From Novakomyces olei (Eukaryota): a stretch of DNA of 64,000 bases. The stretch covers positions 558,001 through 622,000 of the forward strand of contig JADEYG010000004.1 in the NCBI GenBank assembly GCA_016906335.1. Direction: 5' to 3'. Each line of letters begins with the position of its first letter. Position 1 is the first letter of the stretch. The position numbers and the translations under genes are program-made. The notes under the pieces are model-generated. The model worked only from the letters and a program-made list of their open reading frames with translations, was not told the DNA's origin and did not search any database. Positions 36,701-46,679 of this stretch are shown in pieces.

Positions 36701-36983
36701 AAGACCTTTAGCCTCTATCAGCAGTACAGTACTGTCCGTGATTCAGGCACAAGGCCTCTTCTTACTGTGCTATTTGGCCTCTACCATATCAACAGTCGTC
36801 ATGTGCGCCATATTGAAAAGGCACTTGATGGTCTGGAAGATTTTCGCTCCCCGGTTTATGACCGCAGCGATAACTTTACTTGTTGTGGATTTCACAACAG
36901 TGTTTTTTGTGCTCTTATTGGGTCTGCCAAAGTCTGTATTAGCCGTTGCCAGAGTGTTTGGGACGTTACACAAAGAGTCGTGA
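33711..36983 (+). CDS. GPI13: GPI ethanolamine phosphate transferase 3 (Gpi13/PIGO), intronless
   Basis: [76 protein letters not shown], many TM segments. Confidence 0.95.
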   Translation: [1090 protein letters not shown]

Positions 36984-37159
36984 CTGGAGAATGGTCAAAA
37001 CACAAGCAGGAAAATGGAGCAACCGGAAAGGAAAAAAGGTAAATAACCCAGATGTGAGAAAGTGTTTTATACAATATGAATAGCATAGAAAAGTATTTTA
37101 ATAAGGCATTGGCATAGGACAACTGACTGTAGGGATTTGATTTGAATCAAATTGTTGTA

Positions 37160-37268
37160 TGTATATAGAATTACTGTATATAGAATTGTTTTAATAGAAT
37201 TATTGTAATAGAATTACTGTATATAGAATTATTTATGTAGAATATTGTTATAGAATTATTTCAATAGA
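37160..37268. repeat. Degenerate 14-15-bp tandem repeat with ATAGAATT core
   Basis: About 7 regularly spaced ATAGAATT-like cores. Confidence 0.75.
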
Positions 37269-37376
37269 GTAACAGGATAGCGCGTAATTGCTGTGTAATA
37301 GCTGTCAAAAATATACATAAAATGTATAAATCAATTTGCTATTTGATCGCTATCCAATAGAATGGCAGCGCGTTGA

Positions 37377-38414
37377 ATGAAAGCCATGCAAAGATGTCTT
37401 TGCGTGAGAAGCTTTCCACCCGCGATTTCATTAAGAAGATGTATATCATCAGCGGCAAAAGCCGCACATATAATAAATTCAGCAGGCGAGCAGGACTCTG
37501 TCCTGGGCGAGCTGTTTGATAAGCCATCGGCACTCGCACAGTTACGGGCACCGGGCGGACAGGAAACAGGTCTTTTCTTAAACAAATGGATCAAGTCACC
37601 GAGTGGCTTTTTGTCATTTGCTGAATCGACTTTAGCGTCTGCACAAGCGTTGACGGCGGAGATAAGCGCCAATGGACTACGGCAGCGTCCGCAGAGAGTC
37701 ATTAAAGACTTTGATCGGTTAAGTGATTCTCTGTGCAATGTTCTCGACATGGCCGAGTGTGTCCGACACGTGCATCCAGACTCGGCCTATGTTGAGGCGG
37801 CCGATCAAGCGTTTGCTTCTCTTTATGAATTTATGAATGTTTTAAATACGCACCAGGGCCTGTATGAAGTGATCCGGTCTATAGTAGACGACGAGGCAAA
37901 GATTGGGTCTTTGTCACGGGAGGAACGGCAAGTTGCGTACACTTACTTTCGCGACTTTGAAAAATCGGGAGTAACTTTGCCCGCAACGGACCGCCAAAAA
38001 TTTGTAGAATTAACGAGCCTTATCTCCACTGCGGGTCGGCAGTTTTTCAGTCAGTGCGGACCTGCTCGGGATTACGTACGTGTTGCAGCGGATGACGTCA
38101 GGGGCGATGAGCCGGAGCTAAAGGCTCTCGGAATCGACTGCGTGAGAGGCCACTACTACTTGCCCACTAGTGGAGCACAGTACTACCGCTTGCTCCAGCG
38201 ATTACGGTCGGATACAGTGAAAAGGACACTGATGGGCGAAAGTCTGAGGTCCGCACCCGAGCAAATTGAGCTGCTCGATATCTCCTTGAGGGCAAAGGCT
38301 GATTTGGCAAAATTGGTTGGGTACTCTAGCTATGGAGAATTGCAGTTGAATGATAAAATGGCTCGCAGCCCGGGTATGTAGTATATGATTAATTAATTAA
38401 TTAATTAATTAATT

Positions 38415-38451
<37 letters not shown>

Positions 38452-39902
38452 TTTGTTTGTTTGTTTGTTTGTTTGTTTGTTTGTTTGTTTGTTTGTTTGT
38501 TTGTTTGTTTGTTTGTTTGTTTGTTTGTTTGTTTGTTTGTTTGTTTGTTTGTTTGTTTGTTTGTTCATATTTCTAATGACCAGATTCCGTTCTCGAGTTT
38601 CTCCATTCTCTGGCGGCCACAAACATGACGTTTGCACAACAGCAGATTGCAGACCTAAAAAAATTCCGAGACTCTATTGAGGCCCATAGCGGACCAATAG
38701 AAGCATGGAATAAGGACAGGTTCCTGTCTCTTTTTCAACAAGCACAGCGTAACGATTTGAACCTTGAAAATGGCTCTGATCGAGCAATCAAAGAGTACTT
38801 TTCAGTGGGCACAGTAGTCCAGGGCCTTTCACGACTGGCGACTGCACTTTTCGGTATTCGATTATCACCCCGAAGTCCGATTCGAGGCGAAGTGTGGCAC
38901 AAATCTGTCGTCCCGCTTGACGTTGTGAGTGAAAGAGATGGGCTAATTGGTATCCTTTATTGTGATTTATTCTGGAGGCCTGGAAAGCTTTCGGGAGCCT
39001 CGCATTTCACCATTAGATGCTCTAGAAGAATCGATGACGATGAGGCAAATAATGTTTCAATTGATGAAGGTGACGGGTCTGTGCCATCCACTGATTCTCA
39101 TCCGGCACCTTTAGCCGTACGCGAATTTGCAGACGGCCGAACCTTTCAATTACCTACAATCGGGCTCTTTTGTGACTTTAAGCTCCCATCGGCGAATGGC
39201 GATCTAACTTTTCTAAGACTCTCTGAAGTAGAAACACTTTTTCATGAATTCGGCCACGCTCTGCACTCAATGCTGGGCCGAACTGCTTATCATAATCACG
39301 CTGGTACACGATGTGCTGCTGATTTTGTGGAGTTGCCCTCTGTATTAATGGAGCATTTTGCCCGCAGCCCGCGGGTGCTGCCTCTGTTTGCCCGTAATTA
39401 TTACACGGGAAAATTGCTGGACACAGAGAACCCGCAAGTGCAGTATATGCTGGCACAAAGGCCGACTGCGCTGGATACCCATCAGCAAATACTGTATGCC
39501 CTGATTGATCAGGAACTGCACTCTGCCCGTGGACTGGAACCAGGGTTTTCTTCCACTAAAGTTTACCAGCAAGTAAACAGGGATTGGGGAGTCTTTGCTC
39601 TGGCTCCAGGAGCCTCTTGGCAGGCACAGTTTGGGCATTTGAACAGTTATGGATCAACTTACTATTCTTACCTGTTTGATAGTGCGATTGCTGCTAAAGT
39701 CTGGAGTGCTGTTTTTGCCCTTGATCCTTTGTCCCGGGACGCCGGTGAAAATTATGACAAGCAAGTACTGAGCTGGGGAGGCAGCCGCAATCCCTGGACA
39801 TCTCTGGCAAGTCTGTTGAATATGCCAGAGATCGGAGAGGGTGGAAGAAAGGCAATGGATCAAGTGGGCCAATGGGGACACGAATTGCAGAGGACTGTTT
39901 AA
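37377..39902 (+). CDS. OCT1: Mitochondrial intermediate peptidase Oct1 (M3 family); intron 38374-38583
   Basis: Presequence-like N-terminus, DRLSDSLCNVLDMAE, DFEKSG, HFTIRCSR, zinc motif HEFGH, DFVELPS, FGHL..YGSTYYSYLFD. Confidence 0.93.
38388..38565. repeat. Compound microsatellite (TAAT)n-(TTAT)n-(TTTG)n within the OCT1 intron
   Basis: Directly visible. Confidence 0.97.
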
Positions 39903-40015
39903 TTGTATAAATGTATAAATAATGAATGATAAATAAAAAAACATAATTCGAACCTATCAATTTGGAGAAGCAATAATATACAATAGTAAATATAGAGTTT
40001 TACTATACAAATACG

Positions 40016-41259
40016 TTAGAGTCCGTGGTATATATAGCAAGCAACAGCGACTGGCCTTTTCTGTATTTTAAGGTAATGCAAATGTACAGCTGCAGACGGT
40101 ATTTCGCTCTTGATCTAAACAGATTAGAGAAAACAAAGAAAGGTCGAAGCCTACCTGCTCTATTTGTATATTTCTGGGTAAAAATATACATATCACATGA
40201 GATAGCTGCCTTGTGATATCCCAAATAATCCGGCTAATCCAGGTCAATACTGTGAGTAAATAGATAACATAAAAGCCTGACTGTCATCTTGTGCGAATGA
40301 TTGCATAAACAACAAGAGCACTTACATATCAAGCGGCTTCATCTGCAAAAGGTCGAAATACTTGTCGTGCAAGTAAGTCGGGCCACCCCATGGAGGGCTG
40401 CAAAAAATTGCGCTTGCCTGAGTTGTTAGAAATTTATTTATTAATCAATTAATTAATTAATGTATTTATTTATTTATTTATTTATTTATTTATTTTATTT
40501 TATTTTATTTTATTTTATTTTATTTTATTTTATTTTATTTTATTTTATTTTATTTTATTTTATTTTATTTTATTTTATTTTATTTTATTTTATTTTATTT
40601 TATTTTATTTTATTTTATTTTATTTTATTTTATTTTATTTTATCAGGGTATACCGGAACGTCAACGAGACTCATGATATTTTTCACATTGCGCACATCGC
40701 CAATAAAGAACTCGATTCTATCATCCACGCCGTAGATACGAGCATTGTGTTGGGCACATTTGAGTTTGACTGGATCAATATCAAAAGCGTACACTGAACG
40801 TTTAGTATTTTAATAAACAACCAAATTGTATAAGTTAACAAACAAATTTACAGATATCTAACCTTTGTCAAAGAAATGCGCAAATTGAATAGTATTCCCA
40901 CCGCATCCGCAACATAAGTCTATTATAGTAGACGGCCGTCGCTGGTCGCGTTGGCGGTACAGAGTTTCTGCAATATGTATTGCCAGACTTTGCGGCGTTA
41001 CAGAGTACCAAGACTCGTAATCCAGCCGGCAGCCTTCGTCGAACAGTGAGAATAAACGGTGCCTAATCGATTAGAAGGCTGACAGCCAAAAATAAAAATT
41101 ATCGACATCTGCTCGCGCACACCTTTTTATCCAGTACTTTTTAAGTTCACGTGGTATCGTATGCTCCGAATACTCAAGCGGGACAGACTCGTCACAATCA
41201 GCTGCGTCAGTTTCCGTGAATCTTCGAATCCCCGTCTCTGCCGCCGCATCCACCACCAT
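40016..41259 (-). CDS. TGS1: Trimethylguanosine synthase Tgs1; 6 exons
   Basis: Spliced product has KKYWIKRHRLFSLFDEG, ESWYSVTP, IIDLCCGCGGNTIQFA, DIDPVKLKCAQHNARIYGV, FCSPPWGGP and FLPRN. Confidence 0.9.
40430..40643. repeat. Compound microsatellite (TAAT)-(TTAT)n-(TTTTA)n within TGS1 intron 40418-40653
   Basis: Directly visible; about 30 TTTTA copies. Confidence 0.97.
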
Positions 41260-41539
41260 AATTACTCTGGCCCTCGCGCAGCCATTGCTATGTTTAACGG
41301 TTTGTACTACTGCACCCTTAATTGTACGTTGGACACTCAAACCTGCATAGACCAATTCATAGTTTATCGTTTTAAAGTGTCACCGTAACTTTATATAACG
41401 TTTAGTGGTACATTTTTATACCTTAATAATTCTGCTCCATCAAGTTCAAACATCGCTCAATGTTACTACACGTCTCCATACATTGATCTCGTAAATTTAT
41501 CTTTTAATCTACACAAGTTCATACTGTGCATGTTCCCTA

Positions 41540-42086
41540 ATGGCTGGCCGCGGCACACAGGGCTCCCGTATCGGCTCTGATGTGAACAAAATTCTTCAGG
41601 TATACATTCGAAGCTGCTTCAGTCTATCAGAAACACTAATGAGTTTTTAGGTCAAAAATCTGAATTTCAAAGTGAGCGCAAACAAGATCTTGTTTGGTTT
41701 TACTAACGATCGCGCGCAGAGCACAGGTGAAGATTTGTACGACCTGTTTGGGAAATACGGGGCGATTCGGCAAATACGAATGTCAGTGTCTATCGTTTCG
41801 TCTTCTAATTTTATAGGGGAACAGACTCGAAAACAAAAGGAACTGCCTACATTGTGTACGAAGATGTTTACGATGCCAAAAGTGCCTGTGAAAAATTGAA
41901 CGGCTTTAATTTTGGTGATCGGTACCTCATTGGTAAATTAAACTGGAATCAAATTTGCTCGATTTTATTTTGCTGACTGTTGTAGTCTCATATTTTATTC
42001 CAGAGAAAAGGGAAACGGACGTGAGAACAATTGCAGAACGGCAAGCTGCCTTGGAAGAGCTGAAAAAGAATTATGGAATATCTTGA
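41540..42086 (+). CDS. SF3B6: U2 snRNP branch-site protein p14 (SF3B6/SF3B14); 5 exons
   Basis: VNKILQ|VKNLNFK|STGEDLYDLFGKYGAIRQIRM|GT..TKGTAYIVYEDVYDAKSACEKLNGFNFGDRYLI. Confidence 0.92.
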
Positions 42087-42309
42087 ACTATAGAAAGTAT
42101 CGAAAAGGGTTCACAATCGTCTCGAGACTGCGGACAGACTTTGCCGCAGCACATTTAGCAAATATTCAGTTTGCTATTCTTGTCGTTTCAACCTCAATCA
42201 TTATACCTTCTTATACTTATTTCTATTTGCTTTGAGAAGTTTAACGTTTAAGCTTAATCTCTTTGCTGTTCCAATCTATAAGATATTCTGCATAGGCAAG
42301 ATACTGACT

Positions 42310-44055
42310 CTACTCTAGAGTAAAATCAAAATTTTTAAAGGCTTCTTTGAATAAAGAAGCATCCTTCTCCTCCTCTTCATGTGTCTGTGCATTCGCTCGC
42401 CAATCCACTCTAGACTCGACATCCAAAACATGTGCCATAACCCTCCGGCCAAATTGCAAGTCAAACCGCTCCCGTGGATCTAAACTAGCAACAAAGCTTT
42501 CCACTGACCCGTCATTCTTACTCACAGTAAAATGAAAGTAATCATTGTCAGCAGAATCGACATGTCTCTCTTGAAATTGTAGGGACATCTCTTTTCCTGC
42601 CTCCAGAAAGGATGAGGCCACTTTATCCACCTTTCCGCGTGGTACAGGCAGACACTGCCAATGTAAATGTACAAGAGATGAGCGCGAAAGCTCGTACATT
42701 ACCAGGTCGCAATCAAAATCTGCAAACATCTTCAAAAGTGAAATACGGTACTTTTCTACCTCTTTTTCAACGTGGCTTCTAGTGTCTGGCGGTAATAGAT
42801 TAAGAGTAGCACTGTGAGACATTGGTACTATTAAAACGTGGCCCGAAAAATTGGCCTTTTCCGACCAATGGTGAGGAGTAGTAAGTGGGCCTTTCGGAAG
42901 AGCTACAAGTTAGCACGTAGGTGAAAATAAATTAACAAAAAATTAAACAAATAAAAAAAATCTGTAAACTTAAAATTCGACCATGTTCATATCACACTTA
43001 CCCAGATACGTTTCCTCTGCGATAGAGATCAAAAGATGCTGCTCAAGCTGAGGATTCGCCAAGCAGAAAAAGCAAGTGTCGGCTATTATCAGTAATGGAA
43101 AATAAATAAAATTGAGAAAGCTTACGCCGAACGTTGCTTATTTTGTTGCGTCGTTGCCTCTTTCCCCCGCGACTATCATCAGAAAGGTACCGTGTAGGGT
43201 TAGGGTTTTCACGCCCCCCAATCTTTTGCTCGCGAGAAGCAGCAGCTACAAAAGGGTTTGGAGCCAAATCGGTCTCTGAGCTGTATTGGTTGGGTGAAAC
43301 GTTGAAGGCATAAAACCACTTTGAACCCGACTTGTTCATGAAACTAGCAAGGGCAATAAATCGAGTCGATTTCAAGCGTTCGCCATCTTCTGATTTACGC
43401 GCACAACGATAAGGCGGCTTTTCAAAAAACGCAGAGCCAGGTACGAACCAGTACTGAGGCCTTAAACTTTGGCCGACTTGAGCTAATGACGCTTTTCCAG
43501 CTTCTGTGCTGTTAATTCCCTTGGGCCATTCGCTACTTGTAAGAACATCCACGTCTCTCGTCGTGCTCCAGTTTGTTTCGTCACTGCCCATAAAAGCCAA
43601 TGTTACTCCTTCTTTTGTTTTTACGGTAGACTGGCTTTCACAATACATTAGATTTCCCGTTATGAAGCCCTGATTTTCTGTAGCCTTGCTTTCCAAGCGA
43701 GGATGAAGGCGCCGTCGCCCCGTTGTGAAATACGTTTCTAAAGGCACTTTGAGAATTAGTAAAGTATATAAAACAGTACAAAACGAGACGTATATAAACG
43801 GATTTTGTCAAATGCCAATAAGTACCTTTAAGCGCTGAATTGCATAACTGTTCTGCCGTATCGTCGCTCAATTCGTCAGAAAAGGTGTTGCCTAATATGA
43901 TAAGGCATGAAAAGCCGTGCTTTTTGTTAAGCGCTGCGGCTTTTGAAAAAAGTTTTTCAAGCGCGGCTTCTTGCGCTGAATCAGAATCGCACGCACCGAA
44001 AACAAGGCTTTTTTGTCAGCAAAAAACTAATTGTAGGGCCGTACATTTTGGCCAT
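42310..44055 (-). CDS. CWF19-like 1 / Drn1 (metallophosphoesterase-like N-terminus plus CwfJ domains), multi-exon
   Basis: MAKILVFG, SSEWPKGI, FFEKPPY, RFIALA, KWFYAF, CFFCLANP, LPKGPL, HLHWQCLPV, FDLQFGRRVMA, FKEAFKNFDFTL. Confidence 0.88.
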
Positions 44056-44271
44056 TGTGCCATTGAAAGCGCAGGCCTATTTGTGTGCCTTGATGTGTAC
44101 AATAATAAAAAGAATAAATATGAATTTAATAGTGTGGGGGACTGTGATTATACAAAATTATAACAAGCAAATACTGATGGATAAAAAATAAATATAAATT
44201 ACCAATCTGCGAATAATTTTGGAGGAATAATAAATACGCTATCAAGATAAAAAAATTATAATCAACTTGTA

Positions 44272-45965
44272 ATGGCAGCGACCAAAATCGAGGACGAAGA
44301 AAGGCGGCTAGAAAGTTTGATTTTTGGTGATGAATCAGCCGTTATTGAGCATTCAAATGGCACAGAATCTGTGGTCGCGCCGTTAAATGGCGAAGAATAC
44401 GATACATCGGCAATTCCAGACGAAGAGGTAAAACAAAAAGAATGACCAAAAACCCAAAACCCAAAAGACAAAAGACAAAAAGACAAAAAGACAAACAGAC
44501 TTGAAACTAGTTAAAAAACCTATTCTAACATCAGCTGTTCTTTATCGACACAGAATCTGCACCAGCAAAGCCTTCTCAGGACAGCCAAATTGAAGAGAAA
44601 CAGCAATTTGTCGAAGAGTCAGTGTGGCACGACAGCGACGACGATAATCTAGTTATATCCTTAGACGCAAGTTCGCGTTTGAAAAAATTACGAGGTTCCG
44701 CAGAGGAACAACAGCTTTTGGGCAAGGAGTACGTGTTACGGCTGCGCCGGCAGTATGAGCGTATCTACCCACCACCGGAGTGGGTGACTCGAGCAGAGCA
44801 AAGGCACAATCGGAAACGGATCAAAGCCATTGCTCAAGGCGCACAGGACTCTGACAGCGGCAGCAGCAGCTCAGGCGCTGAGAATGAAGAATTGATGGTT
44901 GATCCTTTCCGGGATTTGTTTTCACAAAGCGAAGGCTTTCGGCGCAATACTCAAACAGATCCTTTACCCCCGGGCACTATTGATATCAGGGCTTTACGTG
45001 ATGCGAATGTAAAAGCACCTTCAGCCTCTGCTATCCAGTCTATTGATTTCCATCCTTCAAGGCCGCTCTTAATAACGGGAGGCTATGATAGGACAATACG
45101 AATGTTCTCCGTGGACGGTAAAGCCAATCCTTTAGTGACATCGGCACATTTACGAAATATGCGAATACAAACATGTCGATTCTCGATGGACGGAACCAGT
45201 GTGTATGCGGGTGGGCGACGTCGGTATATGTACGTTTGGCAGTTGGAATTAGGCAGAATTAAAAAGATTTCTCGCATGTATGGGCACGAGGATTCTCAGC
45301 CGTCGCTTGAGCGATTTGCCCCTAGTCCCGATGGTGAGCTAGTGGCATTAATTGGTTCCAGTGGCACTATAAACATTATTTCCGCCCACACGGGGCAGTG
45401 GGTGCAGGAGGCTAAAGTGGGAGAGCCGATCGCTGACGTTGTATGGGATGCCTTTGACCGGAAAGATTCTGCGGGAGACAGTATGGTTCTTTTTGTACTT
45501 TCCGTCACGGGCAAAATCAGCGAGTACGATGCTCGTAGTGGCCGCATTACTCGCACTTGGCTCGATGAAGGAGCAATTACGTCTACAACGCTGGCAGTAG
45601 CCAAAGACTGGATTGCGGTTGGCAGCAAATCTGGTATCGTCAACCTGTACGACAGATCCACACCCGTTGCTGTGGATAATCTTACACGTGTCCCGCACAA
45701 AGTAATCACGAGTCTGGTCACTCCCATATCTCAATTAGCCTTCAACGCTACTGGAGAACTGCTAGTTATGGCCTCAAGGGCGAAAAAGGATGCTCTACGA
45801 CTCGTCCATTCACAGTCCGGATCAGTGTTTGCCAACTGGCCTACGGGCCGGACCCGGATAGGTCGTGTTGGCGCAGTAGCATTTTCCGCACACTCGGAAC
45901 TGTTGGCCGTCGGAGACGAAAGGGGTCGCGTCGGGCTGTGGAACATTAAGCATTATTCAACATGA
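44272..45965 (+). CDS. UTP18: SSU processome WD40 protein Utp18; exons 44272-44427 and 44535-45965
   Basis: EERRLESLIFGD, WHDSDDD, RLKKLR, YVLRLRRQYERIYPPPEW, GRRRY, KKDALRLVH..VFANWPT. Confidence 0.93.
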
Positions 45966-46679
45966 TAAACTGCATTTGTACGTGTATTTGACTAAACCTG
46001 GAGATTTATAGATTTTAAATTGTAATAATTGCAATATTCTTCTGTAGTTTTATAAGATTAAAATAGCTTTAAAATTAAAATAACTTTAATATGTGTATAT
46101 AATTCTCGTTAGTTGCGACTGGCCGTTTTTGATAATGATTATAATTAATTTTAGTTAGAAGGCTATAATATAATGCTATATGCTTTTAGCAGTTTACAAT
46201 GAACAAGAATCGTTGGACTAGAAAATAGTATTCAAATGCAAAGAAATCTGATGCAAAAATCTTAATCAACTAAAGCTTAGCTCATAATCAATAGTAATAC
46301 TCCACAATCAAAGCGCACGACGAGGAAAGCATTATACATAGTTCGCCATATAAAACCCAACCACAAAACTCGGCAAATATAATTCGCAGAAACGACAGGT
46401 CGGATTAATTCTCAAGTAGCGAATAAAAAGTAACAAATAAAACTTTTTCTATTTATATGCGGGTGCGTTTAGGGAATAATAATAGCACTAAACCGCTTAC
46501 CCCGACTCTGCAAAATATCCCAACCTGGGATACGGGATGTGGGGCGGTGGGCCTGGGCTCTTCTATGTAAAAATCCGTGCTTATAAAGAGGAAGCCCACG
46601 TTACGTGTCAGAGCCACAATTCCACAGCCCGCGTGGAGTACGGCTGACGCGTGAAACCCGTCTGCTAATACTGTGAATA

